Assembly (NCBI GenBank): GCA_949127975.1
Contig: CASBRB010000089.1
Coordinates: 1-54,789 of the forward strand
Direction: 5' to 3'
Length of the DNA: 54,789 nt
Origin: Oscillatoriales cyanobacterium PMM_0019
GTDB taxonomy: Bacteria; Cyanobacteriota; Cyanobacteriia; Cyanobacteriales; CASBRB01
The translations under genes were made by a program, and so were the position numbers. Within the stretch, counting starts at the first letter, position 1; every line of letters begins with the position of its first letter. Below are positions 9,528 to 18,137 of the stretch, piece by piece. The notes beneath the pieces were generated by a model, which saw only the letters and a program-made list of their open reading frames with translations, was not told the DNA's origin and made no database searches.

Positions 9528-10833
9528 GTTGCACCTGCGCGTATTTAAAAAGCGAAGTGAGCTAGTGCTAACTGATGGTAGTACAGAAGTTTTTTTAGAG
9601 GGAGGAATGAGTCAATCAGCTAAACTAAAATCTCACAAAATAGCTAGAGAACTTGCTAATGGCTATCTAGAAGAACAAATTATTATTTGCAGAGATAAAG
9701 TAACGTATCTTGACTTTTCACAACTTAGCCAGATTCATCTAGATACCCTCAATAGACTTGTGGAATCAGTAACTAGCGAAGTGGGCAGGGCACTGGTAGG
9801 GTTAACAGTTCTGCAATTATGTGTAAAAGCAATTGAGCCTAGCCAAAATATTAGGCTACATAAAGGTAGTGCAAGTGCCAGAGATTTTTCATGGCAAGAT
9901 GGTATTTCAATGCGCTCCTTAGATAGGCAACATATAACCCCAGTTTTACGTAAATATAATTTGCTGAAGCTGAACGCCGATGGATTTATGATGACCCGCA
10001 GCCTAGCAGAAAATTATCCTTACTCACCAGTGTATAAAGCTAATCTCAGAGGCGCACGCCAAGAATGGCTTAATATTGTAGAGGGGATTGAAGCTAACGA
10101 ATTAGCTCCCAAACCAGCACTGCATTATTTACTGTCACAACTTTTAAATCAAGCGAGTGCTTTTAAACAATTAGCTACACAAACAATAGCAGCTCTCGAA
10201 CAATTTTTAGAAGAAGCCGAATATGTCAATCGGGAATATATAACCAAACTGATAGTTAGACATATCAATGAGTCTGATTATGCGGCACGGATTATGGAAA
10301 TCGCTATTCACAGTATGTTCCAAGCAATGGAAGAACTTCAATTTTTCCCTGATGGCTCGTTGAAGCCTCTTTCACAAATGCGATCGGCTAATAAAAAGCA
10401 TGGCAATATAGGCGATATTGAAATATTAGAAGCCAGACAGATTATTGAAGCATGGGATGCTAAGTATGGTAAAGCATACTTGCGAGATGAACTGGAAGAA
10501 CTAGCAGATAAGCTGGAAGCACACCCGACTGTTGTATGGGCTGGATTTATAACAAGTGTTGAACCCGATCGACAAGAAGAATTACTATCTCGATGTGAGG
10601 AAATAGAAGATGAGTTTGGTCTTTCTATAGAGATAGTATCGCTTAGAGATTGGATTACAAAGCAATTTAGTCGGGCAATGGCAGGGGGAATGCTAACAGA
10701 GCAAGAATTAGCAAGCGCTTGGATTACAGCTTATGCTGAGTCTCTAGCTCAAAAACGCCGAGAGATTGCTCCTATTGACGAACCTTGTCATCAGTGGCTT
10801 ACAACTCTGAAGGCTATTTTGGAAAACTCTTGA
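9520..10833 (+). CDS. Putative restriction endonuclease partner of the m5C MTase
   Basis: Its start overlaps the dcm stop (GTGATGAGTGA). A candidate PD-(D/E)xK signature is present: GDIEILEARQIIEAWDAKYGK, i.e. D...x13...DAK. I recognise no family. Confidence 0.5.
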   Translation: MSELHLRVFKKRSELVLTDGSTEVFLEGGMSQSAKLKSHKIARELANGYLEEQIIICRDKVTYLDFSQLSQIHLDTLNRLVESVTSEVGRALVGLTVLQLCVKAIEPSQNIRLHKGSASARDFSWQDGISMRSLDRQHITPVLRKYNLLKLNADGFMMTRSLAENYPYSPVYKANLRGARQEWLNIVEGIEANELAPKPALHYLLSQLLNQASAFKQLATQTIAALEQFLEEAEYVNREYITKLIVRHINESDYAARIMEIAIHSMFQAMEELQFFPDGSLKPLSQMRSANKKHGNIGDIEILEARQIIEAWDAKYGKAYLRDELEELADKLEAHPTVVWAGFITSVEPDRQEELLSRCEEIEDEFGLSIEIVSLRDWITKQFSRAMAGGMLTEQELASAWITAYAESLAQKRREIAPIDEPCHQWLTTLKAILENS

Positions 10834-10919
10834 ATCACTTTACCAAGGTTATCTACCAGTGAATCTTACACAATATTACTAGACACCTCTCCCCTCTATC
10901 CATTCTCATCAACAAGCTA

Positions 10920-11393
10920 CTAAGCAGAAAAGCTCATCTGCTTTAACTCAGCCTCCAACAGGCGGAGCAAATTTAGATCGCCCTTGGTTTGTGCCACCCG
11001 TAGCCGATGATCCAAGGTGCGGCGGATATTCGCCTGGTGATTGAGCGTCACCTCATCTATAACTTTCTTACTGTTTTGACGGACTGCCCAGGTTTTTGTC
11101 AGTGCTTGAGTTGCCACTTCCCTCGTCTCCACGGGCATAAAAGTTTCTACTTTTGGGCTCTGAGTACGGGGGAAATTCGAGGATGAAGGTTGATGTTTCA
11201 TTTCCATCACAGGAGATGGAGCAGTGTGTTTAGCAACGCGACGCTCCATCAGCACTAAAGGGGGCACAGGTATGTGTCTGACATAGGATGAACCGGAATT
11301 CTGAGTCGGGTATTTGCCGCAAATTTCGGCTTCCGTGACTTCGAGGGTGGGTATATTGGATGAGTAGCGGGTACCGCGCTCAGAGATTCTCAT
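10920..11393 (-). CDS. Hypothetical protein, DUF4278-like
   Basis: The N-terminus MRISERGTRYSSNIPTLEVTEAEICGKY and the C-terminus RRTLDHRLRVAQTKGDLNLLRLLEAE resemble the cyanobacterial DUF4278 pattern as I remember it. The middle of the protein is low-complexity. Confidence 0.4.
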   Translation of the reverse strand: MRISERGTRYSSNIPTLEVTEAEICGKYPTQNSGSSYVRHIPVPPLVLMERRVAKHTAPSPVMEMKHQPSSSNFPRTQSPKVETFMPVETREVATQALTKTWAVRQNSKKVIDEVTLNHQANIRRTLDHRLRVAQTKGDLNLLRLLEAELKQMSFSA

Positions 11394-11904
11394 ATGCCTG
11401 CCTATAGTTATATTTACTCAGTGTTGTTTACGACTTGAGAAACACTCCTCCCGGATTGCTTTCTCTTTTTTCCCCCAGTAACTCTCATCCGTGAGATGAT
11501 CCCCAGGGGGAAAAAGATCTTGTCTATATTTATTTTTACCATTTTATTTTAAAGTGTCAAGTATTAAGTAAAATTAAGTATTCCGGTATACATCATCAGA
11601 TAGACAAGTCGCGTCCAATACCTTTTTATCTGATCCCAGATAAGTTTAGTTTTATAATAGATACTTTTGTCACGATCCCTAATTTATATATATATTGTTA
11701 AAGGCTGGAATATCTGCAGATGTAAGTCACCGAAGAGGGAGAGGGAGCAAATATACCCTCACCCTAGAAAGGTGGGGCTACACGGGATGGGAGCCTGCCT
11801 AACGCTACGCTAACGCCTGCGGCTGACGCAGGCTATAATTTAGGTAGCCTTAGTACGCGCGAGCCCGCACCGACCTGTAGCTGTCCTAGGTGAGGCAGAG
11901 CAAT

Positions 11905-12423
11905 ATGACTGATTTCGAGCAATTAATTCGAGTTGTTGGCACCGAAAGAATTCTCAAACTCCTTCAAGAGGTAGCCAAGCAAGCGATTGATGGGGGGGAT
12001 TGGTTCAAAGTCCGGCAGATTACTGATTTAGTGCTTCAAATCACTGAGCATCCTGTCACTCGGCATACAGAGCTTGAGCCAAATACGGAAAGCCCCCTAG
12101 TACCGTTGACAACCCTCAACATTTCCACTCGATGCCTAGAGTTACTTACAAAAGTTGGTATCAACACCGTAACAGCCCTACAACGCTACAGTTTGGAAGA
12201 CTTACTTCAAATCAATGGCATTGGGGAAGTGGCGGCGAAGCAGATAGACAGGGGTTTGCAGGAAAAGGGCATTACTCTAGACAGCGTTGAACTGCGCCAG
12301 AGATGGCATCAGGAAAATCAATCCTTGGCAACCGAGGAGGTCTTCGCAGATGCAGCGGTGAGTCAGACTTTAGGTGAGGAGGGGGAGTTTGAGCAAGCAA
12401 CTCCGGAAAACTTTTTGGGATAG
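11905..12423 (+). CDS. RNA polymerase alpha-subunit C-terminal-domain-like (helix-hairpin-helix) protein
   Basis: LNISTRCLELLTKVGINTVTALQRYSLEDLLQINGIGEVAAKQI matches the RpoA alphaCTD HhH pattern. I prefer the ATG at 11905 over the GTG at 11890 used in the ORF track. Confidence 0.6.
   Translation: MTDFEQLIRVVGTERILKLLQEVAKQAIDGGDWFKVRQITDLVLQITEHPVTRHTELEPNTESPLVPLTTLNISTRCLELLTKVGINTVTALQRYSLEDLLQINGIGEVAAKQIDRGLQEKGITLDSVELRQRWHQENQSLATEEVFADAAVSQTLGEEGEFEQATPENFLG
12267..12340 (+). repeat. Right copy of the 74-bp direct repeat (inside the intact alphaCTD-like gene)
   Basis: See 7455-7528. The two copies lie 4812 bp apart in direct orientation. Confidence 0.85.
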
Positions 12424-12478
12424 CTAACTATTCTGGAACGCCCTAGATTCCCTATTTTTTTAGCCGTGCAATTAAAAC

Positions 12479-12557
12479 AGTACTGTAGCACTGCCTCTAT
12501 ATATAGCGGGTTCGTAGGGGCAAACCCCCTGTGTGTGCCCAGTGTCCGTAAGTTCTG
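12479..12557 (+). repeat. Degenerate SDR copy (CAGTACTGTAGCA-type end)
   Basis: Reads cagtactgtagcactgcctctatatatagcgggttcgtaggggcaaaccccctgtgtgtgcccagtgtccgtaagttctg. It has the same architecture as the other copies but with an internal deletion. Confidence 0.6.
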
Positions 12558-12612
12558 TAAAATATAGTAATATGGCAAATATTGCAGTTATTAGCAACTG
12601 GAGGTGAGAGCG

Positions 12613-12969
12613 ATGAAAGAAGATCCCATCAAGATTACTGGTTTTCACGCTCATATTTACTTCGATCCCGCAAGTCGCGATGCAGCAGCGCGTGTACGGG
12701 AGGGGCTAGGTGCTAGTTTTGACGTGCAACTTGGGCGCTGGCACGAAAAACCGATCGGGCCGCACCCAAAAGCGATGTATCAAGTTGCCTTCTCACCGGA
12801 TCTATTTGGCAAGGTCGTCCCGTGGTTAATGCTCAATCGTGAAGGGTTAGATATTCTCATTCACCCTGAAACGGGCGATGATTTGGGAGATCATATAGAT
12901 CGTTCTCTGTGGTTAGGAGAGAAGCTAGAACTTGATATCGGACCTCTGAAACGTACTAGAACAAGCTAA
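12613..12969 (+). CDS. DOPA 4,5-dioxygenase family protein
   Basis: ITGFHAHIYFD...RWHEKPIGPHPKAMYQVAF...VPWLMLNREGLDILIHPETGD matches my memory of this small family. A GGAGG lies 7 nt upstream of the ATG at 12613. Confidence 0.7.
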   Translation: MKEDPIKITGFHAHIYFDPASRDAAARVREGLGASFDVQLGRWHEKPIGPHPKAMYQVAFSPDLFGKVVPWLMLNREGLDILIHPETGDDLGDHIDRSLWLGEKLELDIGPLKRTRTS

Positions 12970-13554
12970 TCAAGTTGCCCTCCTATCTTTCCCAAAAACT
13001 TCAGAAGCTTTTAAATTAAGTTCCCTAAATCCGGGAGATGGCAGTAAATCATCATTGCTAAAACTACCAACTTCTGTATAAGTATCGCCTGTAAGTTCTA
13101 GGATGAGAATGGTTTGAGTTTGGGGATCGACAATCCAATATTCGGGAATCCGACAATCTTGATATTGCGTTCTTTTGGCGATGTAGTCTCTATCTTTTTG
13201 TATATTTCCGGGACTAACTATTTCAATAACTAATAGAGGGGGTAACATTGAAAGGCGAATAGTGTTGCGCTTTGATAGTTGTTGAATATGTTCTTCTCGG
13301 ATGATGGTTAGATCGGGATAGCGGTTTTTGGGTTCGCCTCTGACTTCTAATTCTAGTCCTTGCGCCCTAACTCGATCGGTTCCTATAATTAAGGCAAAAA
13401 ATAAAAAAATTCGATTGGCAATTTGGATATTTAATCCTGATTCTGGAGGCATTTCGATCAATTCTCCGTTAAATAGTTCATAAAATTTTTCGGAATAGTC
13501 GTCGTATAGTAGATACTCTTCAAAAGTTTCAAATCGAGGTTTAACGGTTAACAT
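12970..13554 (-). CDS. Uma2 family (DUF820) endonuclease
   Basis: YELFNGELIEMPPES...PDLTII...PPLLVIEIVSPGN...RIPEYWIVDP is the typical Uma2 PD-(D/E)xK layout. I start it at the internal ATG (MLTVKPRF) so that it does not overlap the upstream gene. Confidence 0.85.
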   Translation of the reverse strand: MLTVKPRFETFEEYLLYDDYSEKFYELFNGELIEMPPESGLNIQIANRIFLFFALIIGTDRVRAQGLELEVRGEPKNRYPDLTIIREEHIQQLSKRNTIRLSMLPPLLVIEIVSPGNIQKDRDYIAKRTQYQDCRIPEYWIVDPQTQTILILELTGDTYTEVGSFSNDDLLPSPGFRELNLKASEVFGKDRRAT

Positions 13555-13585
13555 CAGATTTACTCCATGCAATGGGTTAGCTGTG

Positions 13586-15022
13586 CTATTTGATAAGTGG
13601 CAAGTCGCGGAGAAAATAAAATCGATCGTTCTGCCAATCAACCCCCTTGTTTCGTCCTAGGTAGCCAGTCAAGGGCGAGGAAAGCTCGATCAGAATTTCG
13701 TACAGTTCTTGAGGCTGTAACGGAGTCGGCGGATTTGAGTGGGCATAAGCTCCATGCAATCCTTCAACCCCAGCTTGCTCAAATTTGGTGTTTTCTAAAT
13801 GTTTTTTAACCAGCTCGACGAGGTGCGATCGTAACTTAATCTCATTGTAAACTTTATTAATATATTTCCCAACCTCATCATCAGACTGACCTGGCTTCAA
13901 GTAATCCTTTAGCTTAAACAAGTCTACTGAGTGAGGATACAGGCTTTCTAGTTTTACCAGCTTTTCAAGCGTCTCAGGGTTAATAATCGCCATACCATGT
14001 ACCTTTGCAGCGTCTTCAAGTTGCTCAGTAGGCTTGCCAGGGCCAATAATTAGCTTAGCTGTTTTCTTTAACAATTCTAGGTTTTTGAGGCGTAGCGTTC
14101 CCAAGTTCAACAGCTGCACTGCGGTATCGTTGGGAATCTTTTTGCCAGCTTTGCACTCCCCAACCAGAGGATAAGGTTTTGAGCAGAATAAATCTAAGCC
14201 ACCAGCACCGCCTTTGTGGGCATAGTCAACCGTGAATCCGAGAAACTCTAGGCTATCACGGACTATGTTTTCAAAATCTGTTCCAGCTTGATAGTTACTT
14301 TTGTCCGTATCTTGTTCTGTGCTGCGATTTCCTAAGTCGGCAATTGTGTTTACCCAGGATAAATCTGGTTTAGGTTGGTGAGTGGGGGTACTAGCCCAAC
14401 CCAAGAATTGTTTAATTTTGTAATTTAGCTGTTGGGTAGCTGGGTTATCTAGTTGAGCTAAAGCACCCTGCAATTCTTCCAATTCCGGGTGCGGTGGCGG
14501 CAGTCGATTTTCTAGCTGGTGTCGGCGCTGGGCGAAAATGCGATCCCTCAACACTGGCTCCGAAGCCTCAAAAGTCTGGGGATTCGATAAAGGAATAAAG
14601 TTCTTTTTGGAATACACCGACATCGGCACAGGCACAGGCAATTGATAAACGCGCAAGTAAGTCAGGAATATATTACCCCGCTGTGCGAGTATTTCCTGTA
14701 AGCCTTTAGTTGTCCATAATGTTAGTTGCGACAAGGCAGCTAAAGACTCGGCATCATTCAAAACTTGGCATAGTTCGCACTTTGCCCAGGCTTTAATCTT
14801 AACCGCCTCATAACTCAGTTGAGCGAGAGCTGTTTTGGCGATGGGCAAAAAATCCGAGCGGTAGTGTTGCTCCGCTGGCAGTGGGTTAATTGAAGCATCA
14901 CAGGGATAAAGAGCGAATTGCCGCCCCGGCTCGATAAATATCCGAGGTATAACTGCAATCGTTCGCCCTTCCAGTAAAGCTTCTATGTCTGGAGCCGATA
15001 GACGCAAGGCAGTGTCAATCAA
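13586..15022 (-). CDS. DUF1802-like N-terminal domain fused to an Mrr-like (PD-(D/E)xK) restriction endonuclease domain
   Basis: The N-terminal ~130 aa (IEALLEGRTIAVIPR...FALYP...KAWAKCE) resemble cyanobacterial DUF1802. The C-terminal part is FENIVRDSLEFLGFTVDYAHKGGAGGLDLFCSKPYPLVGECKAGKK, i.e. D...ExK as in Mrr_cat. The apparent start codon is TTG. Confidence 0.6.
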   Translation of the reverse strand: MIDTALRLSAPDIEALLEGRTIAVIPRIFIEPGRQFALYPCDASINPLPAEQHYRSDFLPIAKTALAQLSYEAVKIKAWAKCELCQVLNDAESLAALSQLTLWTTKGLQEILAQRGNIFLTYLRVYQLPVPVPMSVYSKKNFIPLSNPQTFEASEPVLRDRIFAQRRHQLENRLPPPHPELEELQGALAQLDNPATQQLNYKIKQFLGWASTPTHQPKPDLSWVNTIADLGNRSTEQDTDKSNYQAGTDFENIVRDSLEFLGFTVDYAHKGGAGGLDLFCSKPYPLVGECKAGKKIPNDTAVQLLNLGTLRLKNLELLKKTAKLIIGPGKPTEQLEDAAKVHGMAIINPETLEKLVKLESLYPHSVDLFKLKDYLKPGQSDDEVGKYINKVYNEIKLRSHLVELVKKHLENTKFEQAGVEGLHGAYAHSNPPTPLQPQELYEILIELSSPLTGYLGRNKGVDWQNDRFYFLRDLPLIK

Positions 15023-15152
15023 ACCTAATTCCTCATTTGATATACTAATTATAGTGTAGTACTTCTGTAAAATACTAATTTACAAAACCAAGCTGAAAGG
15101 AACATCAAGCCCAGTACCACATTCTCCGCTGCAATGACGATGCCAGAAATAT

Positions 15153-15184
15153 TGTAGGTTGGGTTGAGGAACGAAACCCAACAT
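15153..15184 (+). repeat. ~33-bp dispersed repeat TGTAGGTTGGGTTGAGGAACGAAACCCAACAT
   Basis: Identical cores occur at 39438-39470, 42692-42724 and 42746-42778. The element is a hairpin: GTTGGGTT...AACCCAAC. Confidence 0.85.
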
Positions 15185-15265
15185 TAAGATTTGAAAACAT
15201 TGGATTGTACTTTTAAAATTCAGCCCATCGATTAGTATAATTTATCAGACTAAGTCAGAACTTAG

Positions 15266-15466
15266 TCTGACTGGGCATATATAGCAACCGCCAAGGCGGT
15301 TAAGTGCGTGATCCGCTCTTGTAGGGTGCGTTAATGAAATGTAACGCACCATCTATATGCTAATTTTCGGTGCGTTACGAGTCAAGCTAACACACCCTAC
15401 TCAAGGGCAACCACAGAGGGATTGCCCCTACAAACCGCTATATGTAGAGGCAGGACTACAGTACTG
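15266..15466 (-). repeat. Reverse-oriented SDR copy split by a nested ~120-bp insertion of a second repeat family
   Basis: ctgactgggcatatata ... gggcaaccacagagggattgcccctacaaaccgctatatgtagaggcag is interrupted by an element with GTAGGGTGCGTTA...TAACACACCCTAC inverted ends. Confidence 0.7.
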
Positions 15467-15493
15467 TAAGTATGAGAAAGCCGGTTTACCCGC

Positions 15494-17290
15494 CTATTCG
15501 ACTAAACCGCTAGGAATCTCACCAGTAGGTTCACTCAGAATCTCGCGGATAACAGCATTTTCAACTGCTAACTTTTTCTGAGCAATAAAATCAAGGACTT
15601 CCTTCTCACTCAAATTGTAACCTTCACGACTAACATATACAGCGTGGATAGCTAAAATATTTTTGATATCCTCAGTTGTAGGATTCACCCATTTACCGAA
15701 TTTTGAAGACAAAAATTGACTTAAAATCTCTTGAGATTGAGTTGCCTTGGAACTAATTTTTTTAGAACGAACTAAGCAGCCACGGCTTAAACCAAAAATT
15801 TTGTATGCAGTTAATCGCTTCAATCCAGCTAGAACACCCCTAGCATGAGAATATTGCAGAACAGATACTCCAATTTTGACTGTTTTACCGTTGGCTTTAC
15901 CCTTAAGTTTGAAGTCAATATAATCTTGGTTTTGGTTTTTAGGTTCAACTTCTTCGATGCCCTCGACTTTTACTGTTTCTATGGTTTCTCCAATTAGGCT
16001 AGAGAAGCTGAAGCGAAGAGCATCTGCAAGTGGCTGCTTATCGTCTAGCAATTTTTTTATAGACTTTTCAACAACTGTAAGCTCCTTAGTGAAAGCAGCT
16101 TCAACAGTATCAAGCGGTGGTGGCGGTGATGGCGGTGTAACTGTGAAATGCTCTGCACACCATTGCAGAACTTGTCTTACAGTCGGTTTTTCTTTATTCA
16201 GTTCTCTAAGCTTGTTTTCGTCAAAGGGATAGATACGATGATGTGGAACTAAATTTTTGGCTTTGTAAAACTCTTTGAGCCATAGGGCGACTAGCTCAAC
16301 AATAGTTTCACCCTCCATATGTTTCAAAGCAATTGGCTCTCTTGTTGCGGTGGAAAGTCGATAAAGAATGCCACCAGGAAGCGACTTAATTTTTCGACTC
16401 CATGTGTCCGGTAACATCATTGTTAACAAAACAACACCGCGACTGTTACTAGCTACATTAATACTGTTGAACAGATCTTTAACTAATTCAGCCACCACCT
16501 GTGCTTGCGTAAAACCAGCTTCGTTAAGGCTAGTTCCCTCTAGCTCATCAAAACATATCAGTACCGCTTTAATTTCATTCAGCAAACTCAATGTTTGCAG
16601 GAGAATTTCAAAGGCTTTTGCTTCTGTAAAATGTGGTTCGGGATTGGGCAAACCCAGTTCAGCAGCTTTGGCTTCAGATAGAGCATTTGCAGATAACCAT
16701 TTAATTGCATAGGGTGCATGCTCTTCGGAGAGTGTCCATAAAATAGCTCTGATAATATCCGGATCGATGTTGCCGTTATTTTTCAGAACTGTTGTTGTTA
16801 AGTTATCGATTAACTTGGGATTTTTACTCAAGGCAAAGGGAAATTTATTGGCAACCATCTCCCGAGGAGAAGCCTGGTTTTTTGAAAACCTATTTACCAG
16901 AGCTGTAGCTAGTTCTTGCCAATGATTTACCCCTTCTGCCCCATGCTGGTTAAGACTTTTTGACCAATTTTGTAAAAACTCGTGCTTAATCCGGTCTAAG
17001 TTACTCAACTTACTAGCGCTGGCATAAACAACTATAGTGTTGCCCTCAGTTTGCAGATGGTGGTACAGGCGGCGAATGATGTGGGTTTTGCCAACTCCTT
17101 GTTCTGCTGTTATAGTAATCGAGGTAACTTTGGCTTCACCAGAACCAACTTGTTTAATTGCCTGAATAATCTTGTCAGAAGCATGAGCATTTAATGTCGG
17201 CAAATCGAGATTTTTTTTTATTCCAAATGTCTGGAATTCTGACAGCGGCACCTCGATCAACAAAAGGGTTGTGACTTTTAATAGCAGCAT
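15494..17290 (-). CDS. P-loop NTPase, paralog B of the 18138-19991 gene (5' end displaced by an A9 frameshift; the true start is probably the ATG at 17327)
   Basis: Walker A AEQGVGKTH and Walker B LICFDELEG are present. I estimate about 55-60% identity to paralog A along the whole length. The upstream frame from 17327 encodes MTSKNASPIEELNAAIKSHNPFVDRGAAVRIPDIWNKK, which matches the N-terminus of paralog A. Confidence 0.75.
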   Translation of the reverse strand: MLLLKVTTLLLIEVPLSEFQTFGIKKNLDLPTLNAHASDKIIQAIKQVGSGEAKVTSITITAEQGVGKTHIIRRLYHHLQTEGNTIVVYASASKLSNLDRIKHEFLQNWSKSLNQHGAEGVNHWQELATALVNRFSKNQASPREMVANKFPFALSKNPKLIDNLTTTVLKNNGNIDPDIIRAILWTLSEEHAPYAIKWLSANALSEAKAAELGLPNPEPHFTEAKAFEILLQTLSLLNEIKAVLICFDELEGTSLNEAGFTQAQVVAELVKDLFNSINVASNSRGVVLLTMMLPDTWSRKIKSLPGGILYRLSTATREPIALKHMEGETIVELVALWLKEFYKAKNLVPHHRIYPFDENKLRELNKEKPTVRQVLQWCAEHFTVTPPSPPPPLDTVEAAFTKELTVVEKSIKKLLDDKQPLADALRFSFSSLIGETIETVKVEGIEEVEPKNQNQDYIDFKLKGKANGKTVKIGVSVLQYSHARGVLAGLKRLTAYKIFGLSRGCLVRSKKISSKATQSQEILSQFLSSKFGKWVNPTTEDIKNILAIHAVYVSREGYNLSEKEVLDFIAQKKLAVENAVIREILSEPTGEIPSGLVE

Positions 17291-17370
17291 TAAGTTCTTC
17301 GATTGGAGATGCGTTTTTGCTAGTCATGGTAGATATTTATGAGGTAGAAAAGTAGACAAAATTAAGTTTA

Positions 17371-17461
17371 CAGGATTTACGCACTGCCTCTACATATAGC
17401 GGTTTGTAGGGGCAATCCCCCTGTGGTTGCCCCTACATATGCCCAGTCTGCGTAAGTCCTG
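17371..17461 (+). repeat. SDR copy
   Basis: caggatttacgcactgcctctacatatagcggtttgtaggggcaatccccctgtggttgcccctacatatgcccagtctgcgtaagtcctg. Confidence 0.85.
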
Positions 17462-17462
17462 T

Positions 17463-18131
17463 TTAGGATAAACCCTGGGCATAGTAGCGCAAGCCACTTA
17501 GTTCTGTTTCGATTGAGTCTTCAGCTTTATCAGGGGTGATATCTGGCATCTCTCCTCCCATAAACTGAAAAATATCGTTTGCCTGCATCTCCAGCATCCA
17601 CTTATCAAACTGGGCGCGAGTGACGCGGGAACCTATTTCCCGCCGAATCCGATATATCGGCACTAGGTTATCTAGGTTGTAGTCGCGGTTAAGTTGGTTG
17701 TAGACATCTACTGCCACTTGCTTAAACTCTTCGTAGGATGAAATCTTACTTGCCTCATGCGCCGCCACCCCATTACCTAGCGTTCCCATCTGCCTCATCC
17801 ACTTCAACAACGCATTGGCTGTTTTAGCTCCTATTTGGCTGTCAAACTCAAATTCAGGGCTATTCAGTGTCTCGCCCAGCATCTGGACACCTGTGGCAGA
17901 GAGAGTTATTTTATTTTTAGAGAGTGCGATCGCTCCTACTTTCTCCAATTGTTCAAATATGCCCTGATAATCTCCAGCTTTCTCGTGCTTCCGTTTAACT
18001 CGTTTAGTTAATTCACCTTTCTTAACTTCTGACTCAGTTCCTCCTATATCCCACATGGCAAGCAGCACGCGAGTTTTGGTTTGGGCTTCATTAGCCCCTG
18101 GCTGTTTATCTGTTGCTGGCATCTTAATCAC
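17463..18131 (-). CDS. Uncharacterised 222-aa protein, probably two winged-helix-like halves, co-transcribed with NTPase paralog A
   Basis: It starts 6 nt after the stop of the 617-aa gene. I recognise no family. The pattern GELTKRVKRK...IFEQLEKVGAIAL and LVPIYRIRREIG...FDKWMLEMQ suggests wHTH-type modules. Confidence 0.6.
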   Translation of the reverse strand: MIKMPATDKQPGANEAQTKTRVLLAMWDIGGTESEVKKGELTKRVKRKHEKAGDYQGIFEQLEKVGAIALSKNKITLSATGVQMLGETLNSPEFEFDSQIGAKTANALLKWMRQMGTLGNGVAAHEASKISSYEEFKQVAVDVYNQLNRDYNLDNLVPIYRIRREIGSRVTRAQFDKWMLEMQANDIFQFMGGEMPDITPDKAEDSIETELSGLRYYAQGLS

Positions 18132-18137
18132 ACCTAA

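Noticed and set aside
12363-12654. ORFs 12363-12578(-) and 12472-12654(-) from the ORF track
   Set aside because: They are translations of the dispersed SDR element (GTHRGFAPTNPLYIEA...-type strings recur wherever the repeat occurs) and overlap the start of the dioxygenase-family gene. They are not real genes.
15357-15581. ORF 15357-15581(+)
   Set aside because: It lies entirely within nested repeat DNA (QPQRDCPYKPLYVEAGLQYC is the repeat read in-frame) and overlaps the 3' end of the NTPase gene.
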